Shown one piece after another: positions 8,277 through 17,423 of a DNA stretch of 64,000 bases. This DNA comes from Kiloniellales bacterium (GTDB lineage Bacteria > Pseudomonadota > Alphaproteobacteria > Kiloniellales > JAKSDN01), in NCBI GenBank assembly GCA_030064845.1, contig JASJEC010000019.1, positions 9,537 to 73,536 of the forward strand, read 5' to 3'. The notes under the pieces are model-generated. The model had not been told where the DNA came from and ran no database searches. It saw nothing but the letters and a program-made list of their open reading frames with translations. Made by a program: the position numbers and the translations under genes. Numbering within the stretch: the first letter of the stretch is position 1; each line of letters opens with the position of its first letter.

Positions 8277-9533
8277 ATGACGGACTACAGCGTGAGCATC
8301 TCCGTAAACGGCCGGGACTATCTTTGGCCGAAGCGGCCGACGGTTGTGGTCTGCATTGACGGCTGCGAGCGGGCCTATATCGACCGGGCGGTCGAAGCCG
8401 GCGCCATGCCCTGGACCGCGCGGATCTTGAGTGAAGGCAGCGACCTGCCGGCCGACTGCGTGGTGCCCTGCTTCACCAATCCCAACAACCTTTCGATCGT
8501 CACCGGGCAGCCGCCCTCGGTGCATGGAATCTGCGGCAACTTCTTCTACGATCCGGCCTCGGACACCGAGGTCATGATGAACGACCCCAAGCTGCTTCGG
8601 GCGGGGACCATCTTGGCGGCCTTCCAGGCGGCGGGGGCCTCGATTTGCGTGGTGACCGCCAAGGACAAGCTGCGCAAGCTGCTGGGCCACGGGCTCAGTT
8701 TCGGTCCCGATGGCGCGGTCTGCTTTTCCGCCGAGAAGTGCGACCAGACGACGCTGGCCGAACACGGCATCGAGGACGCCCGGGCCTTCCTGGATTGTCC
8801 GGTTCCCGAGGTCTATAGCGCAGACCTGAGCGAGGTGGTCTTCAAGGCCGGCGTGGCGCTGCTAAAGCAGAAGCGCTACGACATAGTCTACCTCTCGACC
8901 ACCGACTACATCCAGCACAAGCACGCCCCCGGCGATCCGGTCGCCAACGACTTCTACCGGATGATGGATTCCTACTGGGCCGAGCTCGATGCGCTCGGCG
9001 CCACCGTCGTGCTGACCGCCGACCACGGCATGACCCCGATGCACAATCCTGACGGCACGCCCCACGTGGTCTACCTGCAGACCATCCTGGACGAGATGCT
9101 GGGCGAGAACCGGGCGCGGGTCATCCTGCCGATCACCGATCCCTATGTCGTGCACCACGGCGCCCTCGGCGGTTTCGCCACCGCCTATATGCCCGAGGAG
9201 ACCGACCTCGCGGATCTCTGCGCCAAGCTGCGCGCGCTCGACGGGATCGAGTGGGTCGGCACCGGCGCCGAGGGTTGCGCCCGCTTCGAGCTGCCGGAAG
9301 ACCGTATGGGCGACATCATCGTGATTTCCGCGGCGACCACGGCCGTGGGTTCCAGCCCGGAGCGCCACGACCTTTCGTCCCTGAAGGAGCCGCTGCGCTC
9401 CCACGGCGGGCTCTCGACCCAGGCCGTGCCGATGATTTTGAACCGCAAACTGCGCGGCCTGGATGCCGGGCTTCAGGTGCGCAACTTCGACGCCTTCGAT
9501 CTCGGCCTGAACCGCGCTATCGTCGAGGGCTAG
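8277..9533 (+). CDS. phnA: Phosphonoacetate hydrolase (alkaline-phosphatase superfamily)
   Basis: From ATG 8277: [46 protein letters not shown]...[29 protein letters not shown]...[13 protein letters not shown]. Collinear by eye with the Sinorhizobium/Pseudomonas phosphonoacetate hydrolase. Confidence 0.8.
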   Translation: MTDYSVSISVNGRDYLWPKRPTVVVCIDGCERAYIDRAVEAGAMPWTARILSEGSDLPADCVVPCFTNPNNLSIVTGQPPSVHGICGNFFYDPASDTEVMMNDPKLLRAGTILAAFQAAGASICVVTAKDKLRKLLGHGLSFGPDGAVCFSAEKCDQTTLAEHGIEDARAFLDCPVPEVYSADLSEVVFKAGVALLKQKRYDIVYLSTTDYIQHKHAPGDPVANDFYRMMDSYWAELDALGATVVLTADHGMTPMHNPDGTPHVVYLQTILDEMLGENRARVILPITDPYVVHHGALGGFATAYMPEETDLADLCAKLRALDGIEWVGTGAEGCARFELPEDRMGDIIVISAATTAVGSSPERHDLSSLKEPLRSHGGLSTQAVPMILNRKLRGLDAGLQVRNFDAFDLGLNRAIVEG

Positions 9534-9553
9534 GTAAGAGGGAAGACAGGGAA

Positions 9554-11011
9554 ATGAGCATCGCGGAAGCCGCCGCCGGGCCCCGCCACGAGCCGATGCG
9601 CATCGCCGGCCGCAAGGTCGAGGCCGAGGGCGTGATCGAGGTCAAGTACCCCTACACCGAGGAGGTGATCGGTACCGTGCCGGCGGGGACCGCCGAACAT
9701 GCGCGCCAAGCTCTGGAAGCCGCGGCCAGGTTCGAGCCGAAGCTGACCCGCTACGAGCGCCAGGAGATTCTGCTCAAGACCGCCGAGGCCCTGGTCGCGC
9801 GGCGGGACGAGATCTCCGACGTGATCACCCTGGAGCTGGGCATCTCCAAGCAGGACTCGCTCTATGAGGTCGGGCGGGCTTACGACGTCTTCTCGCTTTC
9901 GGCCCAACTCTGTATCCAGGACGATGGCGAGATCTTTTCCTGCGACATCACGCCCCACGGCAAGGCGCGCAAGATCTTCACCACGCGCGAGCCGCTCAGG
10001 GTGATCTCGGCGATCACGCCCTTCAACCACCCGCTCAACATGGTGGCGCACAAGATCGCGCCGGCCATCGCGACCAACAATTGCCTGGTATGCAAGCAGA
10101 CCGAGCTGACGCCCATGGCGGCCCTGATCCTGGCCGATGTCCTCTACGAGTCCGGTTTGCCGCCGGAGATGTACTCGGTCGTCACCGGCTGGCCGCAGGA
10201 CATCGGCGCGGAGATGATCACCAATCCACTGATCGACCTGATCACCTTCACCGGCAGCGTCCCGGTCGGCAAGATGATCGCCGAGACCGCCGGCTACAAG
10301 CGCACGGTGCTGGAGCTCGGCGGCAACGATCCACTGATCGTCCTCAACGACCTGAACGAGGATGATCTCGCCAAGGCCGCGGATCTTGCGATCGCCGGTG
10401 CGACCAAGAACTCCGGCCAGCGCTGCACCGCCGTCAAGCGCATCCTCTGCCAGGAGAGCATCGCTGACCGTTTCGTGCCGCTGCTGGAGGAGCGGGCCAA
10501 GAAGATCGTCTTCGGCGACCCGATGGACCCGAAAACCGCGCTTGGCACCGTGGTCGACGCCAAGGCCGCCGAGCTCTTCGAGAAGCGGGTCTATATGGCG
10601 GCCGATCGCGGCGCCGAGGTGCTCTACGACCCGGGCCGCCGGAGCGCGCTCTTGCCGCCCATCGTGGTCGACCGGGTGCCCCACGAGTCCGAGCTGGTCA
10701 TGGAAGAGACCTTCGGCCCGGTGATCCCGGTGATCCGCGTGCCCGACGAGGACGAGCAGGTCATGGCGATCTCCAACTCCACCGCCTTCGGCCTCTCCTC
10801 GGGTGTCTGCACCAACGATTTCAAGCGGATGCAGGCCTATATCCGTGGCCTCAAGGTCGGCACGGTCAACATCTGGGAAGTGCCCGGCTACCGGATCGAG
10901 ATGTCGCCATTTGGCGGCATCAAGGATTCGGGCCTCGGTTACAAGGAAGGCGTGATCGAGGCGATGAAGAGTTACACCAACGTCAAGACCTTCTCCTTGC
11001 CCTGGACCTAG
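9554..11011 (+). CDS. phnY: NAD(P)-dependent aldehyde dehydrogenase, phosphonoacetaldehyde dehydrogenase-like
   Basis: 485 aa from ATG 9554, 20 nt after the phnA stop. ALDH motifs [16 protein letters not shown] and GQRCTA. The assignment rests on gene context with phnA. Confidence 0.7.
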   Translation: MSIAEAAAGPRHEPMRIAGRKVEAEGVIEVKYPYTEEVIGTVPAGTAEHARQALEAAARFEPKLTRYERQEILLKTAEALVARRDEISDVITLELGISKQDSLYEVGRAYDVFSLSAQLCIQDDGEIFSCDITPHGKARKIFTTREPLRVISAITPFNHPLNMVAHKIAPAIATNNCLVCKQTELTPMAALILADVLYESGLPPEMYSVVTGWPQDIGAEMITNPLIDLITFTGSVPVGKMIAETAGYKRTVLELGGNDPLIVLNDLNEDDLAKAADLAIAGATKNSGQRCTAVKRILCQESIADRFVPLLEERAKKIVFGDPMDPKTALGTVVDAKAAELFEKRVYMAADRGAEVLYDPGRRSALLPPIVVDRVPHESELVMEETFGPVIPVIRVPDEDEQVMAISNSTAFGLSSGVCTNDFKRMQAYIRGLKVGTVNIWEVPGYRIEMSPFGGIKDSGLGYKEGVIEAMKSYTNVKTFSLPWT

Positions 11012-11243
11012 ATCCGAGCCTCGACGAAGGCCTGGAGGATACCAGCGCCAGCTCGCACGGAAGGTGTGTCGAAGATCGCCCTGGCGCGGGCCAATTGTTT
11101 GGCGCGGAACGAGTCGGCGGCCAATCGCGCCCTGATCCAGCGGAATGCCACGGTCTTTCTAAAACAGAGCCTTCGACCCCTGTCTTGACCGCCATCGCCG
11201 AGGCAGAAGTGATCTGGATCGAGGACAGGTCCGGACAGCGTAT

Positions 11244-12119
11244 TCAGGTGGCGGCCTCGAGCTTGTCCTGGGTGCGTGTCTCGAAGTCGCCGGCGTCGTG
11301 GCGTTCGTGGAGCTGCTCCTCGAGCGGTCCCGAGACCCGGTTGACCATGCGGCCGCGCTGCACCGCTGGGCGCTTGAGTATCTCCTCGGCCCAGCGCACC
11401 ACGTGGGTGTAGGAGGCCACCTCGAGGAACTCGCCGGCGTCGTAGACCTTGCCGCGCACCAGGCTGCCGTACCAGGGCCAGATCGCCATGTCGGCAATGG
11501 TGTAGTCCTGCCCCGCGATGAAGCGGCTCTCGGCCAGACGCCGGTCGAGCACGTCGAGCTGGCGCTTCGTCTCCATGGCGAAACGGTCGATCGGGTACTC
11601 CATGGGGTAGGGTGCGTACTTGTAGAAATGCCCGAAACCGCCGCCGAGATAGGGCGCCGAGCCCATCTGCCAGAACAGCCAGGAGAGACACTCGGCCCGC
11701 GCCGCCGGGTCGCTCGGCAGGAAGTGCCCGAACTTCTCGGCGAGATAGAGCAGGATCGCGCCCGACTCGAAGACCCGGATCGGCTTGGCGCCCGAGCGGT
11801 CGAGCAGCGCCGGGATCTTGGAGTTGGGGTTGATCTCGACGAAGCCGCTGCCGAATTGGTCGCCGTCGCCGATCCTGATCAGCCAGGCGTCGTACTCGGC
11901 GCCGCTCTCGCCCAGCGCCAGCAGCTCCTCCAGCAGGATCGTGACCTTCTGCCCGTTGGGCGTCGCCAGGGAGTAGAGCTGCAGCGGGTGCTTGCCGACC
12001 GGGAGTTCCTTCTCGTGGGTCGGCCCGGCGATCGGCCGGTTGATGCTCGACCAGGTGCCGCCGCTCTCGCCCTCCCATTTCCAGACTTTCGGGGGCTGGT
12101 ATCCGCTGGCGTCGTTCAT
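11244..12119 (-). CDS. yghU: Nu-class glutathione S-transferase YghU
   Basis: 291 aa, near-collinear by eye with E. coli YghU (...PTHEKELPVGKHPLQLYSLATPNGQKVTILLEELLALG...EYDAWLIRIGDGDQF...). Confidence 0.9.
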   Translation of the reverse strand: MNDASGYQPPKVWKWEGESGGTWSSINRPIAGPTHEKELPVGKHPLQLYSLATPNGQKVTILLEELLALGESGAEYDAWLIRIGDGDQFGSGFVEINPNSKIPALLDRSGAKPIRVFESGAILLYLAEKFGHFLPSDPAARAECLSWLFWQMGSAPYLGGGFGHFYKYAPYPMEYPIDRFAMETKRQLDVLDRRLAESRFIAGQDYTIADMAIWPWYGSLVRGKVYDAGEFLEVASYTHVVRWAEEILKRPAVQRGRMVNRVSGPLEEQLHERHDAGDFETRTQDKLEAAT

Positions 12120-12238
12120 GTCGCTCCTCCTCTGTCCCGGCGGCCGGATGCCTTTCGCTTAGGCCCATATGGGGCGCGGGCCGCCGGCTCCCAGGGCGCG
12201 GGCGGTAAAAAGTCTTGTGATCGCCAGGATCATTTCCC

Positions 12239-12313
12239 GCTAGAGCAGATCGCGATTGAATGGACTCGCCCGGGGCGATCCATTCAACTGCGTGAATCTG
12301 CTCTCACTCTAGC
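12239..12313. repeat. Intergenic palindromic repeat, family D (ctagagcag...gaatgga...tccattca...ctctag)
   Basis: gctagagcagatcgcgattgaatggactcgcccggggcgatccattcaactgcgtgaatctgctctcactctagc. A second copy lies at 52167-52232. Confidence 0.75.
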
Positions 12314-12315
12314 AT

Positions 12316-12381
12316 GTAGAGCGGATTCTCATGTTTGGGCGGAACCACGAACTGGTTCCGACCAAACATGATCCGCTCTAC
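12316..12381. repeat. 66-nt near-perfect hairpin element immediately upstream of acnX
   Basis: gtagagcggattctcatgtttgg-gcggaac-cacgaact-ggttccg-accaaacatgatccgctctac. The arms are complementary by inspection. Confidence 0.7.
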
Positions 12382-12417
12382 TCTGGGGCCGACAAGCATC
12401 CCGGGGAGGCCGCGCCC

Positions 12418-13647
12418 GTGAAACTGACCGACGAAGAAAAGGCGATGCGTGCCGGGTCGCTCGGCGCGGCCAAGCGCTGGGCGATCGACCATCAGATCAA
12501 GGTCGGCCGGATGTTCGACGCCGCCGACATGGTGCCGGTCAGCCAGGCCCACATGATGGCCGACCCCGAGGCCCTGGGCGAGGCCGGGGTGGATTTCCTC
12601 GAGGGCCTGGCCGGGCAGGGGGGCCGGGTCGCCGTCCCCATGATCACCGACCCGCGCGGCGTCGACCTGGACCACTACCGTCCGCTCGGGCAGACCGAGG
12701 CCATGGCCGATCTTGAGCGGCGCACGATCGCGGCCTGCACCGCGATGGGCATCCTCATGACCAACACCTGCATCAATTACCAGACCGTCATGCCGCCGGT
12801 CCGGGGCGACCACGTCGCGTACGGCGACACCGGCGTGGTGATCTACGCCAACTCGGCCTGCGGGGCGCGCTCGAACTTCGAGGGCGGGCCCTCGGCGCTG
12901 GCCGCCGGGCTGACCGGCCGCACGCCGCGCTACGGCCTGCACCTCGAGGAGAACCGCAGGGCGACCCGGCGGTTCCGGGTCGAGGTCCAGCCCCGGGACC
13001 TGACCGACTGGGGTCTGCTCGGCGCCCTGGCCGGCAAGACTGCCGGCTCCTATTGGGAAGTGCCGGTGATCGAGGGACTGGAGGCCGTGCCCACCTCGGA
13101 CCAGATGAAGCATCTGGGCGCGGCCATGGCGAGCTTCGGCTCCACGCCGCTGTTCCACCTGGCCGGCATCACGCCCGAGGCCGGGCGCCTGGAGGACGTC
13201 GGCGGCGGGGCCCTGACTCCCGAGCCCCTGACCGAGGAGATGATCGACGCGCTCCGCGCGCGCTTCGGCGCCGCCGGCGACAAGCCCGACGTGGTGGTCT
13301 TCGCCGCGCCGCAGCTCTCGCTCGTGGAGATGCAGCAGGTCGCCGAGCTCTGCCGGGGCCGCCGCATGGTGGTGCCGCTGATCGTCTGCACCGCGCCCCA
13401 GGTTTATCCCGACGCGGCCAGGATGGGGCTGGTCGAGACGATCGAGGCGGCCGGCGGCACGGTGCTTCAGGGCACCTGCTTCTACAACCAGTTCGCCCGC
13501 GAGATCGGCGAGGCCAAGGGCTGGAAGCGCCTGCTCTCCAATTCGGCCAAGATCGTCAACATCCTGGGCGGCTACGGCTATCAGCCGGCGCTGGCCAGCA
13601 TGGAGCGCTGTGTCGAGTCGGCGGTCGCCGGGGAGATCGTCGGATGA
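12418..13647 (+). CDS. Aconitase X large (catalytic) subunit, DUF521 (cis-3-hydroxy-L-proline dehydratase type)
   Basis: VKLTDEEKAMRAGSLGAAKRWAIDHQIKVG... is a typical AcnX N-terminus. GTG 12418 is preferred because the upstream ORF part (from 12331) lies inside the hairpin repeat. Confidence 0.75.
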   Translation: MKLTDEEKAMRAGSLGAAKRWAIDHQIKVGRMFDAADMVPVSQAHMMADPEALGEAGVDFLEGLAGQGGRVAVPMITDPRGVDLDHYRPLGQTEAMADLERRTIAACTAMGILMTNTCINYQTVMPPVRGDHVAYGDTGVVIYANSACGARSNFEGGPSALAAGLTGRTPRYGLHLEENRRATRRFRVEVQPRDLTDWGLLGALAGKTAGSYWEVPVIEGLEAVPTSDQMKHLGAAMASFGSTPLFHLAGITPEAGRLEDVGGGALTPEPLTEEMIDALRARFGAAGDKPDVVVFAAPQLSLVEMQQVAELCRGRRMVVPLIVCTAPQVYPDAARMGLVETIEAAGGTVLQGTCFYNQFAREIGEAKGWKRLLSNSAKIVNILGGYGYQPALASMERCVESAVAGEIVG

Positions 13648-14060
13648 TCGAGCTCAGGTGCCACGCCGGGATCGGCCCGCGCGTCGAGGGCGAGGCCCTG
13701 GTCGCCCAAGACAACTTCTCGGCCCGCTACGACCTCGACCGGATCAAGGGCGTCTTCTCGCGCCCGGAGCACGCCCTGGCCGGGCAGAGCTACAAGGACC
13801 GGATCCTGGTGTTCGACACGGCGAAGGGCGGCGTCGCCTCGGCCTGGATGCTGCACGAGATGAAGACGCGCGGCATCTGCCCCACGGCGATCCTGTTCAA
13901 CCGGGCGAACACGATCCTGGCCCAAGGCGCGGCACTGGCGGATCTCGCCCTCTGCGACCGCTTCGAGGCCGGCGATGTCACGGCACTGATCAGGACCGGC
14001 GACAATCTGGTTGTCGACCCGAGCGTCGGCCTGGTGACCATCACCAACCGCGGTTCATAG
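13644..14060 (+). CDS. Aconitase X small (swivel) subunit, DUF126
   Basis: 138 aa with an ATGA overlap with the large subunit. ...GEALVAQDNFSARYDLD...GQSYKDRILVFDTAKGGVASAWMLHEM.... Confidence 0.75.
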   Translation: MIELRCHAGIGPRVEGEALVAQDNFSARYDLDRIKGVFSRPEHALAGQSYKDRILVFDTAKGGVASAWMLHEMKTRGICPTAILFNRANTILAQGAALADLALCDRFEAGDVTALIRTGDNLVVDPSVGLVTITNRGS

Positions 14061-14071
14061 GTGGCAACGCC

Positions 14072-14737
14072 ATGGCCTGGGCCGAGTTCGCCCTCGCGTT
14101 CGCGGTCTTCTTCGCGAGTCATTCGTTCCCGGTCCGGGCGCCGGTCAAGCCCTGGCTCGTGGCCCGCCTCGGCGCCACCGGGTTCACCCTGCTCTATTCC
14201 GCCCTGTCCCTCGCGGTTCTGGCCTGGCTCATCCTGGCGGCCGGGCGGGCACCGTTTGTTCAGATCTGGCCCTGGGCGCCCTGGCAGTCACAGGTGACGG
14301 TGGCGCTCATGCTGCCCGCCTGCCTTCTGCTTGCCGCGTCGGTCGCCCGGCCGAACCCCTTTTCCTTCGGCGGCGGCGCCAGCGAGAAGTTCGACCCATC
14401 GCACCCGGGCGTGGTGCGCTGGACACGGCACCCCTTGCTGGCGGCTCTGGCGCTCTGGTCCGTCGCCCATATCGTGCCGAACGGCGACCTCGCCCACCTC
14501 CTGCTGTTTGGGAGTTTCGCGGCCTTCGCCGCCTTGGGGGGGCGCCTCGTGGACCGCCGGAAGCGCCGCGAGATGGGGGAGACGTGGCAGGACCTGCTAG
14601 TTCGCGTCGAACAGAGTCCCCTGATCGCCAAACCGGCGAGCCTCCGCGCCACCGGGATCCGGCTCGCGGCCGGCCTCGGCCTCTACTTCGGTCTCTTCCG
14701 GCTCCACCCGCTGATCCTGGGCGTCGAACCTCTCTGA
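14072..14737 (+). CDS. NnrU-family integral membrane protein
   Basis: 221 aa from ATG 14072. MAWAEFALAFAVFFASHSFPVR...RWTRHPLLAALALWSVAHIVPNGD is the NnrU signature. Confidence 0.75.
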   Translation: MAWAEFALAFAVFFASHSFPVRAPVKPWLVARLGATGFTLLYSALSLAVLAWLILAAGRAPFVQIWPWAPWQSQVTVALMLPACLLLAASVARPNPFSFGGGASEKFDPSHPGVVRWTRHPLLAALALWSVAHIVPNGDLAHLLLFGSFAAFAALGGRLVDRRKRREMGETWQDLLVRVEQSPLIAKPASLRATGIRLAAGLGLYFGLFRLHPLILGVEPL

Positions 14738-14752
14738 TACCTGGAACGCGGC

Positions 14753-15259
14753 TCAGACGCTGCTGAGGAGCAGGCTGGTCTCGCTGTTGGAGACCCCGTT
14801 GACGGCACGGACTTCCCTCAGGATGCGGTCGAAATCGCTCAGGCTGTCGGTCTGTATCTCGACCACCAGGTCCCAGTTCCCATTGGTCGTATGGATCTTC
14901 TGGAGTTCGGGAAAGCCGCGCAGCTTGCGGATCACCTCGGTGGTCGACTGGCCCGCGACCTCAATCATCATGATCGCCCGGATCTTCTCCGTCTCGTAGT
15001 CGTCGCGAACCCGAATGGTGAAGCCGAGGAGGGCGCCCGACGCCAGCAGGCGCTCGATCCGGTTCTGAACCGTCCCGCGGGACACGCCCAGAATGTCGGC
15101 CAGCTTCGACAGGGGCGCGCGCCCGTCCTTTCGCAGGACCGAGATCAGCTCCCGGTCGAGTCGGTCGAAGGCGTGCTTACTGCTGCTCTTGATCGCCAAA
15201 GACTCGCTTTCTGTCAGAACGCCAGCACGATCTATCAATTTCGATAGAATATCCAGCAT
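14753..15259 (-). CDS. Lrp/AsnC-family transcriptional regulator
   Basis: LDRELISVLRKDGRAPLSKLADILGVSRGTVQNRIERLLASGAL plus a C-terminal RAM/AsnC_trans_reg region. The start is set at the first Met preceding the HTH (15259). The gene is divergent from ocd. Confidence 0.85.
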   Translation of the reverse strand: MLDILSKLIDRAGVLTESESLAIKSSSKHAFDRLDRELISVLRKDGRAPLSKLADILGVSRGTVQNRIERLLASGALLGFTIRVRDDYETEKIRAIMMIEVAGQSTTEVIRKLRGFPELQKIHTTNGNWDLVVEIQTDSLSDFDRILREVRAVNGVSNSETSLLLSSV

Positions 15260-15347
15260 TTCTGCAGGGTTTTGCCATTTTGATTTACCCCCAGGCGCAA
15301 TATCTCTAAGGGCGTCGCTCCAAAGAAACGGAAAGGGCCTAGGCAGG

Positions 15348-16409
15348 ATGGCACTCGCAGAACGCAAAGCGCTCAACCTCGTCCCCTTCGTCAGCGTCGA
15401 TCACATGATGCGGATCGTGCTGCAGCTCGGGGTCGAGCCCATGCTCGCCGGGATTGCCGGCTATATCGAGCAGGATTTCCGGCGCTGGGAACTCTTCGAC
15501 AAGACGCCGCGCGTCGCCTCCCATTCCCACGACGGCGTGATCGAGTTGATGCCGACCAGCGACGGCGTCACCTACGGCTTCAAGTACGTCAACGGCCACC
15601 CAGGCAACATGCGCGACGGCCTGCAGACCGTGACCGCCTTCGGCGTATTGTCGGACGTCGCCACCGGCTATCCGTTGCTGCTGACCGAGATGACCATCCT
15701 CACCGCCCTGCGCACGGCGGCCATGTCGGCGCTCGCGGCGCGCTACCTGGCGCCGAGGGGATCCGAGTGCATGGCCCTGATCGGCAACGGCGCCCAATCG
15801 GAATTCCAGGCCCTGGCGTTCAAGACGATCCTGGGCACGAACAGGCTGCGGCTGTTCGATGTCGATCCGGCCGCGACCGACAAGTGCGTCGCGAACCTCG
15901 CCGGCAAGGGCTTCGAGCTCGTTCGCTGCGGCTCGGCGGAAGAGGCCGTGGAGGGCGCGCAGATCATCACCACAGCGACGGCCGACAAGCAGTACGCGAC
16001 CATCCTGACCGACAACCTGGTCGGGGCCGGCGTCCACATTAACGCGGTCGGCGGCGATTGCCCCGGAAAGACCGAGCTTCATCGCGACGTCCTGCTGCGT
16101 TCCGACATCTTCGTCGAGTACCCCCCGCAGACCCGGATCGAGGGCGAGATCCAGCAACTCGCCGACGACCACGAGGTGACCGAGCTCTGGCAGGTCATAG
16201 CCGGCAAGGCGCCTGGGCGTGTCAGCGCCGATCAGGTGACGCTGTTCGACAGCGTCGGCTTCGCGATCGAGGATTTCTCGGCGCTCCGCTTCCTGCACGA
16301 GCAGCTCGAGCGCGCCGGGCACTACCAGGATCTCGACATGATCGCCGACCCCGACGAGCCTCGCGACCTCTACGGCATGATCCAGCGCGCCGCGGTGGTG
16401 CACGCATGA
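15348..16409 (+). CDS. ocd: Ornithine cyclodeaminase
   Basis: 353 aa, collinear by eye with Pseudomonas putida OCD (FKYVNGHP..., LIGNGAQSEFQALAF, NAVGGDCPGKTELH, FVEYPPQTRIEGEIQQL). Confidence 0.9.
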   Translation: MALAERKALNLVPFVSVDHMMRIVLQLGVEPMLAGIAGYIEQDFRRWELFDKTPRVASHSHDGVIELMPTSDGVTYGFKYVNGHPGNMRDGLQTVTAFGVLSDVATGYPLLLTEMTILTALRTAAMSALAARYLAPRGSECMALIGNGAQSEFQALAFKTILGTNRLRLFDVDPAATDKCVANLAGKGFELVRCGSAEEAVEGAQIITTATADKQYATILTDNLVGAGVHINAVGGDCPGKTELHRDVLLRSDIFVEYPPQTRIEGEIQQLADDHEVTELWQVIAGKAPGRVSADQVTLFDSVGFAIEDFSALRFLHEQLERAGHYQDLDMIADPDEPRDLYGMIQRAAVVHA

Positions 16410-17344
16410 GCGCGACCATGATCCGCCGCAGCGTCCAGGCGCCCCCGGCCGTCATCATGATCCGGCCGCATCACTTCTCGCCGAACACGGAAACGGCGAG
16501 CGACAACGCCTTTCAGCGGGACACCGCCGGCCTGGCCCCGGACTCCATCGCCGTGACGGCCCGCGGCGAGGCCGACGGCGCCGCCGAGGCCCTGCGCGGC
16601 GCCGGTGTCACGACCCACGTCTTCGAGGACAAGGGCACCGAGACGCCGGACTCGGTCTTCCCGAACAACTGGTTCTCGACCCATCCGGGCGGCCACGTCG
16701 CGCTCTACCCGATGTACGCGCCGAACCGGCGCAGGGAACGGCGCGCGGACGTCATCGAGATGCTGAAGGCCGAATACCGGGTGCAGGACGTGATGGACTA
16801 CTCCGGGCTCGAGCCCGACGGCCTGTTTCTCGAGGGCACCGGCGCCATGGTGCTCGACCATATCGACCGCGTGGCCTACGCGGCGCGATCGAACCGCACC
16901 GATCCCATCGCCCTGGAGCGCTTCTGCTCCCACTTCAACTACGAGCCCATGGTGTTCGACGCCCGCGACGACACCGGTAGGGCGATCTACCACACCAATG
17001 TGCTGATGTGCATCGCGACGGATTTCGTCATGATCGGCCTCGACATGATCGTGGACCCCGCGCGGCGCGCCCATATCATCCAGCGCTTCGAAGAGTCCGG
17101 GCGCCGGGTGATTGCGCTCAGCGGCAGGCAGATCGCCGAGTTCGCGGGCAACGCGATCGAGCTTCAGGCACCCGAGGGCCGGGTCCTCGCCCTATCGAGC
17201 CGCGCCTTGCGGGCCCTGACGCCGCAGCAGGTTGCGGCGATCTCCGAGAGCGCCACGCCGCTGCCGCTCGACATCCCGACCATCGAGCTGGCCGGCGGAT
17301 CGGTGCGCTGCATGCTGGCGGGGGTCCACCTGTCCCGGCGATAG
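16406..17344 (+). CDS. ctlX: Arginine deiminase-related / citrulline utilization hydrolase CtlX-like (guanidino-group-modifying enzyme fold)
   Basis: 312 aa with an ATGA overlap with ocd. ...VFPNNWFSTHPGG..., LFLEGTGAMVLD, HTNVLM, C-terminal GGSVRCMLA (catalytic Cys motif). Confidence 0.7.
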   Translation: MSATMIRRSVQAPPAVIMIRPHHFSPNTETASDNAFQRDTAGLAPDSIAVTARGEADGAAEALRGAGVTTHVFEDKGTETPDSVFPNNWFSTHPGGHVALYPMYAPNRRRERRADVIEMLKAEYRVQDVMDYSGLEPDGLFLEGTGAMVLDHIDRVAYAARSNRTDPIALERFCSHFNYEPMVFDARDDTGRAIYHTNVLMCIATDFVMIGLDMIVDPARRAHIIQRFEESGRRVIALSGRQIAEFAGNAIELQAPEGRVLALSSRALRALTPQQVAAISESATPLPLDIPTIELAGGSVRCMLAGVHLSRR

Positions 17345-17423
17345 GGATTTGCGTTTGAAGGGGGCTGCTCGGTCCCGGCGTGATTTGCTACTTTCGTCGA
17401 AACATGCCGAATGGAGGTCCCAG

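Noticed and set aside
11012-11243. A possible gene remnant or pseudogene in the 230-bp convergent gap between phnY and yghU.
   Set aside because: The open frames lack start codons and show no recognisable motif, so there is insufficient evidence.
15348-16409. The OCD-family gene as a delta1-pyrroline-2-carboxylate reductase partnering AcnX, rather than a true ornithine cyclodeaminase.
   Set aside because: The sequence is collinear by eye with Pseudomonas putida OCD, including NAVGGDCPGKTELH and FVEYPPQTRIEGEIQQL. This favours a genuine OCD.
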